Positions 9,671 through 19,698 of a DNA stretch of 64,000 bases are shown piece after piece (position 1 is the stretch's first letter; each line of letters opens with the position of its first letter). A model generated the notes under the pieces. The model searched no databases and had not been told where the DNA came from. It saw only the letters and a program-made list of their open reading frames with translations. The position numbers and the translations under genes were made by a program. This DNA is from an uncultured Alphaproteobacteria bacterium (lineage in GTDB: Bacteria > Pseudomonadota > Alphaproteobacteria > Rhizobiales > Hyphomicrobiaceae). Location: positions 6,230 to 70,229 of the forward strand of contig CAVQMH010000018.1 of assembly GCA_963713575.1 (NCBI GenBank). Direction: 5' to 3'.

Positions 9671-11500
9671 GGATGGTTTCGATTGTCAGAGCGGCGGTGA
9701 TTGGAATAGCCGCACTTCTGTTTGCGCTTCCTGCGGCTGCGGAAGAGAAGCACGGGCTGTCGATTTTCGGTAATCTCAAGTATGCGCCGGATTTCAGGCA
9801 CTTTGCTTACGCAAATCCGGATGCACCGAAGGGTGGTAAGGTCTCACAGGTCGGCCCCGGTGGGGACTTTTACGTTCGACAGTTTCAATAATTTCATCTT
9901 GAAGGGCGACAGGGCGCAGGGTCTGGACCTTCTCTACGACACGCTAATGACCCGGGCCTTCGATGAACCCGATGCTGTCTATGGGCTCGTAGCGAAATCG
10001 GCCGAGGTTGCGGCGGACGGCATGTCCGTCGTGTTCAAGCTGAGGCCGGAGGCGCAGTTTGCGGACGGGTCGGCGGTGACGGCGGACGATATCGTGTTCT
10101 CGTTCGAAACGCTCAAGGCGAAGGGGCATCCGAGCTATCGCATCGTGCTGCGCGACGTGGACAAGGCGGAGGCGATCGACCCGCAAACCGTCAAGTTTTC
10201 ATTCAAGGGCGAGCTGGTCAAACCATTGCCGATCGAAGTGGCGCAGCTGCCGGTCTTGCCGAAGGCTTATTACGCGACGCGGAACTTCGAAGAGACATCG
10301 TTGGAGAAGCCCATCGGGTCTGGTCCTTATAGAATTGGGCAGTACAGCCAGGGCCGGTACGTGTCGTACGAGCGGCGCGACGATTATTGGGCGAAGGATC
10401 TTCCGGTGAACCGAGGCCGGTTCAACTTCGATGAAGTGCGATACGACTATTTCCGCGACCGCACGCTGGAATTGGAAGCGCTGTTTGCCAACACCATCGA
10501 TTTCCGCGAGGAGTTCACGTCAAAGGATTGGGCGACCGGTTACGATAAGCCGATGGTTGCGGATGGCCGGGTGCAGAAGCTGTCGCTGGCCGACGAGACA
10601 CCATCCGGAGCACAGGGTTTCTTCCTCAACACGCGGCGACCACTATTCCACGACATTCGTGTGCGGCAGGCTCTCGATCTGGCGTTCGATTTCGAGTGGT
10701 CGAATCGCAACTTGTTCTTCGGGCTGTATCAGCGAACGGCGAGCTTTTTTGAAAACTCGGACATGAAGGCCGTCGGCAAGCCTTCGCCGGAAGAGTTGGC
10801 GCTGCTCGAGCCGTTCAAGGATCGATTGCCGGCGACTGTGTTCAGCGACGTTTACGTACCGCCGGTCACTGATGGGTCAGGGCTGCCGCGCGAGAATTTG
10901 CGGAAGGCTCAAGGGCTGTTGAAGGAGGCTGGCTGGACGGTCGATCCCGAGGACAGGACGCTCAAGAACGCGGAGGGTAAGCCGTTCGAGTTCGAGATCC
11001 TTCTCGATGCGGCGGCGTTCGAGCGGATCGCGGGGCCTTATGTGAAGAACCTGAAGTCGATCGGCATCATCGCAAATATGCGACGGGTCGATCCGGCGCA
11101 ATTCGAATTGCGGATGAAGACGTTCGATTTCGATATGACGATCGAGCGGTTCAGCCTTCGGCTGACACCGGGGATCGAGCTCAAGAACTTCTGGGGTTCG
11201 GAAGCGGCCAAGACGGATGGCAGCTTCAATCTTGCCGGAATCTCCAATCCGGCGGTCGATGCGCTGGCTGACCGGATCGTGACGGCCCAGACGCGGGCGG
11301 AGCTTGTTGTTGCGGCGCGGGCGCTCGACCGGGTGCTGCGCTCGGGTCATTACTGGGTGCCGCACTGGTACAAAGCCTCGCATCATCTCGCGTTCTGGAA
11401 CAAGTATGCATGGCCGGACGTGAAGCCCAAGTATGAGCGCGGGGCGCTCGCCACATGGTGGTATGATCCAGAGAAAGCTGCGAAATTGACGGCTCAGTGA
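9667..11500 (+). pseudogene. second YejA-like substrate-binding protein, interrupted by a +1 frameshift near 9853
   Basis: The signal-peptide part (ORF 9667..9891, MRMVSIVRAAVIGIAALLFALPAAA) and the mature part (frame of ORF 9722..11500) are in different frames. They join at a cccc run (ggccccggtgggg). Removing one c gives ...GGKVSQVGPVGTFTFDSFNNF..., colinear with the upstream paralogue. Confidence 0.8.
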
Positions 11501-11519
11501 CAGGGACGCGCAAAACACC

Positions 11520-12638
11520 ATGGGCGCTTATCTTTTGAAGCGAACGCTTTTGATATTCCCGACGCTGATCGGGATCATGTTCATCAGCTTCGTCATCATC
11601 CAGTTCGCGCCGGGCGGTCCCGTTGAGCGCGTGATCGCACAGCTGTCAGGTTCTGGCGTCGGCGCGACGGAGCGGTTCGGCGGCGGCGGTGGCGGAGAAC
11701 TCGCAGGCGGTGCGTCGTCCCAGGTCGGGCAAGGCGGGGCGGATGCCGCCAACTCGAAGTACCGGGGCGCCCAGGGGCTTGATCCGGATTTTATCAAGAG
11801 CCTCGAGAAGCAGTTCGGCTTCGACAAGCCAGCGCATGAGCGCTTTCTGCTGATGATGAAGAACTACTTCACGTTCAACTTTGGCGAGAGCTACTTCCGC
11901 GATATCTCTGTGATCGAACTCATCAAGGAGAAGCTGCCGGTCTCGGTCTCGCTCGGGCTATGGATGACGCTGGTTACATACCTCGTGTCCATACCGCTCG
12001 GAATCCGCAAGGCCGTGCGTGACGGTGAGCGGTTCGACACGTGGACGAGCACTGTGCTGGTCGTGGGATACGCAGTGCCGGGGTTTCTCGTGGCGGTTCT
12101 GCTGCTCGTGGTGTTCGCCGGGTCGTCGTTCTTCCAGTGGTTCCCGTCGCGGGGCCTCGTGTCGGACAACTTCGACCAGTTGTCGACGTTCGGGAAGATC
12201 GTCGATTACTTCTGGCATCTGGCGCTGCCGCTGACGGCACTGGCGCTCGGTACGTTCACGACGATCACGTTCCTGACCAAGAACTCGTTCATTGACGAGA
12301 TCCGAAAGCAATATGTGGTGACGGCGCGGGCAAAGGGGCTCACCGAGAGCGAAGTTCTCTATGGGCATGTGTTTCGCAATGCGATGCTACTCATCATCGC
12401 GGGGTTTCCATCGGCCTTCATTGGCGCGTTCTTTTCAGGGTCGCTTCTGATCGAAACGATCTTTTCGCTCGATGGACTGGGGCTGCTAGGGTTCGAATCG
12501 GTCATGAATCGCGACTATGCGGTCGTGTTCGCGACGCTCTACATCTTTTCGCTGGTGGGGCTGGTCGCGAACTTGCTTTCGGATTTCATCTATACGCTCG
12601 TCGATCCGCGGATCGACTTTGAAAGCCGGGAGGTCTGA
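11520..12638 (+). CDS. yejB: ABC transporter permease (YejB-like)
   Basis: 372 aa, multi-TM, BPD_transp_1-type. Position and order match yejABEF. Confidence 0.85.
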   Translation: MGAYLLKRTLLIFPTLIGIMFISFVIIQFAPGGPVERVIAQLSGSGVGATERFGGGGGGELAGGASSQVGQGGADAANSKYRGAQGLDPDFIKSLEKQFGFDKPAHERFLLMMKNYFTFNFGESYFRDISVIELIKEKLPVSVSLGLWMTLVTYLVSIPLGIRKAVRDGERFDTWTSTVLVVGYAVPGFLVAVLLLVVFAGSSFFQWFPSRGLVSDNFDQLSTFGKIVDYFWHLALPLTALALGTFTTITFLTKNSFIDEIRKQYVVTARAKGLTESEVLYGHVFRNAMLLIIAGFPSAFIGAFFSGSLLIETIFSLDGLGLLGFESVMNRDYAVVFATLYIFSLVGLVANLLSDFIYTLVDPRIDFESREV

Positions 12639-12641
12639 CGC

Positions 12642-13871
12642 ATGACGGCCGTCACGACGCCCGCAAGCTCCAAGACAACCGATCCTTCGCTTGTTCGCCG
12701 ATTACAGTTCTGGCGCGGCGTCAAACTCTCGCCGATCAATCGGCGCCGGTGGGATAACTTCAAAGCAAACCGCCGCGGCTATTGGAGCCTGTGGATCTTC
12801 GGGGTTCTGTTCTTCCTATCGCTTTTTGCCGAGTTCATCGCGAACGACCGCCCCATCATCATGAGCTACAAGGGCGAAATTCTAGCCCCCGTATTTGTGG
12901 ATTATCCGGAGGAAAAGTTTGGCGGATTTCTTGCCGTCACCGATTACCGGGATCCTGTCATCCTAAGAGAGATCGAGGACAACGGCTGGGCGATCTGGCC
13001 GCCGATCGCGTACTCATATGACACGATCAACAAGGACTACCCGACACGGGCGCGAGCAGATGGCTCATGCACGGAGAAAAAGGACGGGGTTGAAGTCGCG
13101 AGCGGCATCGGTTTTCCGGCACCGCCACAGTGGGCGTCCAATGTGAAGTTGTGTGACGCAGATCCGGAGTTGCTGGCTCGCTATCATGCCATCGGCAACA
13201 TGAACTGGCTAGGGCTTGATGATCAGGGCCGGGACGTGTTGGCGCGCATCATCTACGGCTTTCGCGTGTCGGTCATATTCGGGCTTCTGCTGACAATTCT
13301 CTCGTCGATCATCGGCGTGGCGGCGGGCGCGGTGCAGGGATATTTCGGCGGGCGCGTCGATCTCGTGTTTCAAAGGTTTCTCGAGATCTGGTCGTCGATC
13401 CCAGAGCTCTATGTATTGCTCATTATCTCGTCGGTTTTAATCCCGGGGTTTTGGACGCTTCTCATTGTGCTGTTGGCATTTCAATGGACGGGGCTCGTCG
13501 GCATCGTGCGGGCGGAGTTTCTGCGCGGACGCAACTTCGAATACATCCGCGCGGCGCGAGCGCTGGGGCTCTCCGATACGACGATCATGTGGAAGCATCT
13601 GCTGCCGAACGCAATGGTGGCGACGTTGACCTTCCTGCCGTTCAAGCTTTCAGGCTCCGTCGCGCTGCTGACGGCGCTCGATTTTCTTGGGCTCGGCTTG
13701 CCGCCGGGGTCGCCCTCGCTGGGTGAACTTCTGTTGCAGGGAAAGAAATATCTTGATGCACCCTGGCTGGGGCTTTCCGGCTTCATTCTGATCGCTACTT
13801 TGCTGTCACTTTTGATTTTCATCGGCGAAGCAGTGCGTGACGCGCTCGATCCCAAGAAGACCTTCCGCTGA
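12642..13871 (+). CDS. yejE: ABC transporter permease (YejE-like)
   Basis: 409 aa, multi-TM permease with a long periplasmic insert, as in YejE. Confidence 0.85.
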   Translation: MTAVTTPASSKTTDPSLVRRLQFWRGVKLSPINRRRWDNFKANRRGYWSLWIFGVLFFLSLFAEFIANDRPIIMSYKGEILAPVFVDYPEEKFGGFLAVTDYRDPVILREIEDNGWAIWPPIAYSYDTINKDYPTRARADGSCTEKKDGVEVASGIGFPAPPQWASNVKLCDADPELLARYHAIGNMNWLGLDDQGRDVLARIIYGFRVSVIFGLLLTILSSIIGVAAGAVQGYFGGRVDLVFQRFLEIWSSIPELYVLLIISSVLIPGFWTLLIVLLAFQWTGLVGIVRAEFLRGRNFEYIRAARALGLSDTTIMWKHLLPNAMVATLTFLPFKLSGSVALLTALDFLGLGLPPGSPSLGELLLQGKKYLDAPWLGLSGFILIATLLSLLIFIGEAVRDALDPKKTFR

Positions 13872-13882
13872 GGAGCGCAACG

Positions 13883-15562
13883 ATGACTAAGGCGGAAACG
13901 GCAACCATACCGAAGGCGCCAGCAGCGAACGGCGGGCGCGACACGCTTATCGATGTGCGCGGGCTCAAGGTTGCGTTCCGATCGGGGCAGACAGACACGC
14001 TCGCAGTGAAGGGGATCAGCTTTTACATCGGCAAAGGCGAGACGGTCGCTCTCGTCGGCGAGTCTGGCTCGGGCAAAAGTGTTTCGGCGCTGTCGATCAT
14101 GAAGTTGTTGCCGTATCCGGCGGCGTCACATCCGGGCGGTGAGATTGTGTTCGAAGGGCAGGATCTGATCAAGGCGTCGGAGCGCCAGATGCAGACGGTG
14201 CGGGGAAACCGCATTTCGATCATCTTTCAGGAGCCGATGACGTCGCTCAATCCGCTTCACACGATCGAGAAGCAGGTGGGCGAAGTTCTGAAGGTGCATC
14301 GTGGGCTGGATGATGGGGCGGTTCGGACGCGGGTCGTCGAACTGCTGCGTAAGGTCGGTATCCGTGATCCGGAAACGCGGCTGGGGGATTATCCGCATCA
14401 GCTGTCGGGTGGGCAGCGGCAGCGCGTGATGATCGCGATGGCACTGGCAAATGAGCCGGACCTGCTCATTGCTGACGAGCCGACGACGGCGCTCGACGTG
14501 ACGATCCAGGCGCAGATCCTGGAACTGCTTGCCGAACTCAAAAAGGAGTTTGGGCTGTCGATGCTGCTGATCACGCATGATCTCGGGATCGTGCGGCGGA
14601 TGGCGGATCGCGTGTACGTCATGCGCTATGGGGAAATTGTGGAGGAGGGGCAAACCGAAGCGATCTTCGCCGCGCCTCAGCACCCGTACACCAAGCATCT
14701 GATCGAGAGTGAGCCGAAGGGACGCGCGTCGCCAGCGGCTTCTGATGCGCCAGTGATCGTCGAGACAGACAATTTGAAGGTCTGGTTTCCGATCAAGCGC
14801 GGATTCTTGCGCAAGACGGTCGACCATATCAAGGCTGTCGACGGTGTGTCGCTGAAGCTGCGGGAGGGCGGCACGCTTGGCGTTGTCGGAGAATCCGGGT
14901 CGGGCAAGACAACGCTGGGTCTGGCGCTCTTAAGGCTCATTTCATCGGACGGGCCGATCGCTTATTCAGGCCGGCGCATCGATGGGCTCAATTCGAAGGA
15001 AATGCGGCCGCTGCGCAAGGAGATGCAGATCGTGTTTCAGGACCCGTATGGGTCATTGTCGCCGCGCCTGTCCGTATCGCAGATCATCGAGGAAGGGCTG
15101 CAAATCCTCAGCCCGGAATTGACCTATGACCAGCGGCGGGAGCGCGTACGTCATTCGCTCCAGGAAGTGGGGCTCGATCCCGATTCGCTCGATCGCTATC
15201 CACACGAGTTCTCGGGCGGCCAGCGGCAGCGTATCGCGATTGCGCGTGCGACGGTGCTGGAGCCGAAGTTCATCATGCTCGATGAGCCGACCAGCGCGCT
15301 GGATCAGAGTGTGCAAGCGCAGATCGTCGATCTTTTGCGCGACCTGCAGAAAAAGCGTGGCCTCGGCTACCTCTTTATCAGTCACGACCTGAAGGTGGTC
15401 CGCGCGCTCTGCAACGACGTCATCGTGATGCGAAATGGCAAAGTGGTGGAGACCGGGACGGCGGAAGAGATTTTCTCTGCGCCGAAGGAGGACTATACTA
15501 AAGCGCTGCTGGCGGCCGCGTTCGATCTTAAGGTCGTGAACCGGGGCGCGACGGCGGTGTGA
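13883..15562 (+). CDS. yejF: ABC transporter ATP-binding protein with duplicated ATPase domains (YejF-like)
   Basis: 559 aa. Two Walker A motifs (GESGSGKS twice) and two LSGGQRQR signatures. Confidence 0.9.
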   Translation: MTKAETATIPKAPAANGGRDTLIDVRGLKVAFRSGQTDTLAVKGISFYIGKGETVALVGESGSGKSVSALSIMKLLPYPAASHPGGEIVFEGQDLIKASERQMQTVRGNRISIIFQEPMTSLNPLHTIEKQVGEVLKVHRGLDDGAVRTRVVELLRKVGIRDPETRLGDYPHQLSGGQRQRVMIAMALANEPDLLIADEPTTALDVTIQAQILELLAELKKEFGLSMLLITHDLGIVRRMADRVYVMRYGEIVEEGQTEAIFAAPQHPYTKHLIESEPKGRASPAASDAPVIVETDNLKVWFPIKRGFLRKTVDHIKAVDGVSLKLREGGTLGVVGESGSGKTTLGLALLRLISSDGPIAYSGRRIDGLNSKEMRPLRKEMQIVFQDPYGSLSPRLSVSQIIEEGLQILSPELTYDQRRERVRHSLQEVGLDPDSLDRYPHEFSGGQRQRIAIARATVLEPKFIMLDEPTSALDQSVQAQIVDLLRDLQKKRGLGYLFISHDLKVVRALCNDVIVMRNGKVVETGTAEEIFSAPKEDYTKALLAAAFDLKVVNRGATAV

Positions 15563-15618
15563 CCGTCTGATGCAGGCGCAACCGGGGCGCCAATTCTAAC
15601 CTCCAGCAGCGGCTTTGC

Positions 15619-17304
15619 TTGACCTTAAGGTTCGGGGCGGCAATGTGCGGGGCGGCGCGCGGTGCGCTCGACGCGAACTTTCTTCCATCGGTCCCAAACG
15701 GCATGGCCGGAGCCCTTCTCAATACAATGCGTCTCGCCAAGGCTGGCGTCGTGCTGGCCAGCCACAGCGTCCGCTTTGTGCCCAAGGATGGGCCGGAGCC
15801 GCTGCCGTTCAAGCTGGCACGTATTGCGACGCTACCTGTGCGGATCGTTGCGGCGCCTTTCCAGTGGGGCAAACCGCGGGACAAGCGGATCTCGGCGGCG
15901 CTCGGGGCGCTCGGGCCATCGTACATTAAATTGGGGCAGTTCCTCGCCACGCGCGGCGACATTATCGGGCCCGAGTTACAGGGCGAGCTGGCGCAGCTTC
16001 AGGACCGGATGCCTCCCTTCGGGATGGCGGAGGCGCGCCGCGCGATTGAAGCGTCGTTGGGCTGGAAGCTCGAAGACCATTTCGTCGAGTTTGGCCCGCC
16101 GGTGGCTGCGGCGTCGATTGCGCAGGTGCATAAGGCTATCGTCGTCGATGGCGATGAACGGCGCACGGTGGCCGTTAAAATTTTGCGGCCGGGCATCGAG
16201 AAGCGGTTCAAGCGCGATCTCGATAGCTATTTCTTTGCCGCGCGCCTTGTGGAGCGGTGGCATGAGCCGTCACGGCGATTGCGCCCCGTTGCGGTGGTGG
16301 AAAATCTCGCGCGCACGACCGAACTCGAGATGGATTTGCGGCTCGAGGCGGCTGCCATGTCTGAGATGACGGAAAACCTTAATCCCGACGAAGGCTTTCG
16401 TATTCCGCGGGTTGATTGGCGGCGGACGTCGAAGCGTGTGCTCGTCACGGAATGGATCGATGGCATTCCAATCGGTGACAAGGCGGCGCTGAAGACAGCC
16501 GGGTTCGATATCGATACGCTGGGAATGACCGTAATCCGGTCATTCCTGAAGCATGCGATGCGCGATGGCTTTTTCCATGCCGACATGCACCAGGGGAACC
16601 TGTTCGTCGACAAGGCGGGCACTGTCGTTGCGGTCGATTTCGGAATCATGGGACGGCTCGGCATGCGCGAGCGCCGGTTCCTCGCAGAAATCCTGCACGG
16701 GCTGATCACGCGCGATTACCGGCGGGCTGCGGAGGTTCATTTCTGGGCGGGATATGTGCCGCCGCATCATCCGGTCGAAGTTTTTGCGCAGGCGCTGCGA
16801 GCGATCGGAGAGCCGATTCACGGCAAGACGGCATCTGAAATCTCGATGGCGGATCTGCTCGGGCAGCTTTTTGCCTATACCGAAGTCTTCGACATGCAGA
16901 CGCGCCCCGAATTGATCCTGCTGCAAAAGAGCATGGTGATCGTGGAAGGCGTCGCGCGCGGGCTCAATCCGTCGCTCAACATGTGGGTTGCGGCGGAGCC
17001 GATCGCGAAAGAATGGATCGAGCAGAACTTGAGTGTCATGGGGCGACTGCGCGATGCGGGCGATGGCGCGACGATGCTCGCCAAGCTTGCTGCCGATTTG
17101 CCGGTGGTGCTTTCGAGTGCCGAACGCGCATTCGGGGCTTTGGGTGCGATGGCTGAGAATGGCGTGCGGCTGGATGATACCACGATCGAGCGGCTGGCCG
17201 AAAAGCAAAGCCGTCACGGCCGTTGGCGTACTGCTGCACTTTGGGTGGCTGCCGTTGCGCTTGCAGTCCTGGCCCTTGGGCAGGCGGGCGTGATCACGCC
17301 GTAG
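15619..17304 (+). CDS. ubiB: UbiB / ABC1 atypical kinase (ubiquinone biosynthesis)
   Basis: ALGPSYIKLGQFLATRGDI and AAASIAQVH motifs with a C-terminal TM helix. The true start is probably an internal Met (about 15703 or 15727). Confidence 0.88.
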   Translation: MTLRFGAAMCGAARGALDANFLPSVPNGMAGALLNTMRLAKAGVVLASHSVRFVPKDGPEPLPFKLARIATLPVRIVAAPFQWGKPRDKRISAALGALGPSYIKLGQFLATRGDIIGPELQGELAQLQDRMPPFGMAEARRAIEASLGWKLEDHFVEFGPPVAAASIAQVHKAIVVDGDERRTVAVKILRPGIEKRFKRDLDSYFFAARLVERWHEPSRRLRPVAVVENLARTTELEMDLRLEAAAMSEMTENLNPDEGFRIPRVDWRRTSKRVLVTEWIDGIPIGDKAALKTAGFDIDTLGMTVIRSFLKHAMRDGFFHADMHQGNLFVDKAGTVVAVDFGIMGRLGMRERRFLAEILHGLITRDYRRAAEVHFWAGYVPPHHPVEVFAQALRAIGEPIHGKTASEISMADLLGQLFAYTEVFDMQTRPELILLQKSMVIVEGVARGLNPSLNMWVAAEPIAKEWIEQNLSVMGRLRDAGDGATMLAKLAADLPVVLSSAERAFGALGAMAENGVRLDDTTIERLAEKQSRHGRWRTAALWVAAVALAVLALGQAGVITP

Positions 17305-17320
17305 CCGCCCGAGATCAGGG

Positions 17321-18241
17321 TCAGTCCTTGCAGGGGAAGTTGACGGTGGCGTAGGGCACCTTCAGCCGGCAATTGCCGTTGCCGGTTTTCTTTAAACCGT
17401 AGCCCGTCTCGCGTTCGATCTGCGCAAGCTTCTTGGCAACCTGGCCCATGTCGAGCTTGGTGCGCGGCTCGTCGTCATCATCGCGCGGAGCGGCGACGAC
17501 GGGAGCATCGCTGTCATGCTCGACGCCGGGGAGCGCATGCACCTGCGGCACCGGCTTGGACTCGTCTTCCGATGATGCAACGTCGGGGCCCCGTACTTGA
17601 TCGGGCGAAGCAGCTTCGGGTTCGGCGCGGGCAATCTCAACTGGTTCAGATGCGGGAGTTGCTGGATCCGATTTTGTGGCGGGCCGCTCCGCCGGCTTGG
17701 GTGCGGGCGGCACAATGGCCGGTTCCGACTTGGCAACTGCCACGGCTTTCGCGGCGGGCTTGGCTTCGGGCTTGGCTTTTGATTGTGGCTTAGCGGCTGG
17801 GTCGGCTTTCGCTACGGTTTCCTCTGTGCCGCAGCGCACGAGGTTCGACGGCGCACGCTTCCAAATCATGGTTTTTGAGAAGAGCTTGGTGCCGGCATAA
17901 CCCGTCACCTGAAGCGTGCCGTTCGAGAGCGGCTTCAGTTCAACATCGTACTTTTGCTTTTTCTCAGGGCTGTAAATCCAGCCATTGTCCCAAGTGCTGC
18001 CGTCGACCTTCGCGGCATTGCCGATGATCTGACGGCCGCAGCCTTTGGTGTCGGTCGTGTCTTTCACCCACACGACATGGCCGCAAAGAGACGTGCCGCA
18101 GGACTTGATCTCGATGGCGCCGCGCCCGGTATCGTTGATCCAGACACCCGTGGGGTCACCTGCTGCTTGGGCTGAGGCGAACGGCAGGAGCGCGAAGCCG
18201 GTCAGGGCGAGTATCAATTTTGTTGTTCGATGCGCAGGCAT
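17321..18241 (-). CDS. DUF2147 domain-containing secreted protein with long Pro/Ala/Lys-rich C-terminal extension
   Basis: Signal peptide (KLILALTGFALLPFASAQA). Then GVWINDTGRGAIEIKSCG..LCGHVVW...WDNGWIYSPEKKQKYDVELK...LQVTGY, typical of DUF2147. Start chosen at Met 18241. Confidence 0.75.
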   Translation of the reverse strand: MPAHRTTKLILALTGFALLPFASAQAAGDPTGVWINDTGRGAIEIKSCGTSLCGHVVWVKDTTDTKGCGRQIIGNAAKVDGSTWDNGWIYSPEKKQKYDVELKPLSNGTLQVTGYAGTKLFSKTMIWKRAPSNLVRCGTEETVAKADPAAKPQSKAKPEAKPAAKAVAVAKSEPAIVPPAPKPAERPATKSDPATPASEPVEIARAEPEAASPDQVRGPDVASSEDESKPVPQVHALPGVEHDSDAPVVAAPRDDDDEPRTKLDMGQVAKKLAQIERETGYGLKKTGNGNCRLKVPYATVNFPCKD

Positions 18242-18454
18242 GGCAAACCTCACTTTCGAGAAATCGCCGCCTGCACGAAACGCAAGGCGCGCGCATTTCA
18301 CGTCGGCCCCCCACCCGTTCGTGAACTTATGCTGATTAGACGTGCCGGGGAACCCGCGCTGTTCCCATAGTTACAGACGTAAAATGGTTAATTCCTGATT
18401 AGGCAAGCCCAAAGCCTGGGTCTCAAGTTACGCATGAAGAACTCCAAAAGTGGG

Positions 18455-18500
18455 CGCAAAAAAGAAAAGACCGGAGTGCGCCCCCCGGCGCCTCCGGTCT
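18455..18500 (-). terminator. rho-independent terminator after gcrA
   Basis: A long GC-rich stem (agaccggag..gcgcc / ggcgc..ctccggtct). It is followed on the minus strand by ttttcttttttg. Confidence 0.8.
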
Positions 18501-18555
18501 TCTCCCCCTCTGCCGGCCTATGGGGCCGGCAAATTCGTTAGGCCCTCAGGCATGT

Positions 18556-19128
18556 TCAGCTGCCCGCGGTTTCTTTCTCCGTGTGCTGTTCGACCGTGAT
18601 CGCAGGGATAAACGGCTCAGAGACATCGCGCTCGCGGCGGCGGGCCTGCGGCGGCTGGAAGGCGCGGCGGGCGTGGAATTCGCAGTAGGGCAGGCCCGCT
18701 ACCTTCTGTTTGCCGCAAAAGTGGAAATCGGCCATTTGCGGATCGCCGATCGGCCAGCGGCAATGGCATTCGAGCAGGGTCTGGATCGACTTGCGCTCAG
18801 CCATCGGGATATCGAGTTCTTCAGCGGAGGGCTGGAACGGTTCGGCCTGATAGATTTGCTGCAGGGGCGAATTGGGAGGAGCCGGGAAGCGATTGCCTTT
18901 CGGCATCATCCGCTTGTTGCCGACCACGGCACCGTTGGCCGGACGAGGGCGGGGCCTGTGTGATTTCATGCGCGAGGTTGTTGCGCGACCGGATAGGCCG
19001 AGACGATGGACTTTGCCGATCACCGCGTTGCGGGTGACACCACCCAGGCGGCTGGCGATCTGGCTGGCGCTCAGACCTTCCGACCATAGCTTCTTCAGCT
19101 GTTCGACGCGCTCATCGTTCCAGCTCAT
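18556..19128 (-). CDS. gcrA: cell-cycle transcriptional regulator GcrA
   Basis: MSWNDERVEQLKKLWSEGLSASQIASRLGGVTRNAVIGKVHRLGLSGR is the canonical GcrA N-terminus. The ORF extends to 19239, but the Met at 19128 matches the family start. Confidence 0.92.
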   Translation of the reverse strand: MSWNDERVEQLKKLWSEGLSASQIASRLGGVTRNAVIGKVHRLGLSGRATTSRMKSHRPRPRPANGAVVGNKRMMPKGNRFPAPPNSPLQQIYQAEPFQPSAEELDIPMAERKSIQTLLECHCRWPIGDPQMADFHFCGKQKVAGLPYCEFHARRAFQPPQARRRERDVSEPFIPAITVEQHTEKETAGS

Positions 19129-19647
19129 GACTTGAAGCTCCATGATAACAATACCCCCTGGCCGCGCCGCGGCCATGAAGGCGCGCGCCGGCAATGATGG
19201 GTCTCGTCCCAAATCTGGAGCCGCTGCCGGAGCGCACACGGATGCGCGACGGAGGACGCCGGAATTAAGGGCGATGACCGCGAACTAACGCTTGACGGAG
19301 AGACGCTTGAACAAACGCACGCGAACTTATGGGAGGCGTTACAACACTGCCTCGCTTACGCGTGCCGGGCACGAAACTTACAATGGGTCGCGAGGTACGC
19401 GCGACATGTCGTGGCCGGACAGGTAGAAGGTACTACGAGTAAATTCCCGCCTACAAGGTGAGCCCATGCCGGAGGCGGGTGTTGACTTGGACAAGTGGCT
19501 TGGGGGCCACACAGCAATTCGCCGGAGGGCCAAATCTTGGGGTTGTGAGATTGCCATCCCCGAAAAACACATCTGAAAAAGACGAATCACACACCAGTGT
19601 GGCGCGTTGACAGCCGGGTCCCGTCCCAGTACCAGTTTTGCTCCATC

Positions 19648-19680
19648 GGCCGCCCGAACAGGCGGCCTTTTTGATTTTTT
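19648..19680 (+). terminator. plus-strand intrinsic terminator with no upstream plus-strand gene (orphan)
   Basis: ggccgcc-cgaaca-ggcggcc followed by tttttgatttttt. It lies 19 nt upstream of the argD start codon. Confidence 0.6.
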
Positions 19681-19698
19681 AGGTTAGGGGGAACCGCG

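Noticed and set aside
9722-11500. The ORF-track Met at 9722 as the genuine start of the second binding protein.
   Set aside because: The first about 45 residues in that frame (MRFLRLRKRSTGCRFSVISSMRRISG...) are not signal-peptide-like. A proper signal peptide, colinear with the upstream paralogue, exists in the adjacent frame from 9667.
19240-19647. Known structured RNAs (6S, tmRNA, RNase P, SRP RNA) in the long gcrA-argD spacer.
   Set aside because: None of the conserved signature strings I know for these RNAs is present. Examples are the GAGGAAAGTCCGG of RNase P, the SRP GGAA tetraloop helix, and a tmRNA tag ORF ending in LAA/VAA. This leaves only an unclassified candidate, reported under findings.
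19593-19670. 25-codon GTG-initiated ORF (VWRVDSRVPSQYQFCSIGRPNRRPF) running into the orphan terminator, considered as an Arg-rich attenuation leader peptide for argD.
   Set aside because: There is no Shine-Dalgarno sequence and the start is non-ATG. The Arg codons are not clustered in a run, and no alternative antiterminator pairing was evident by eye.
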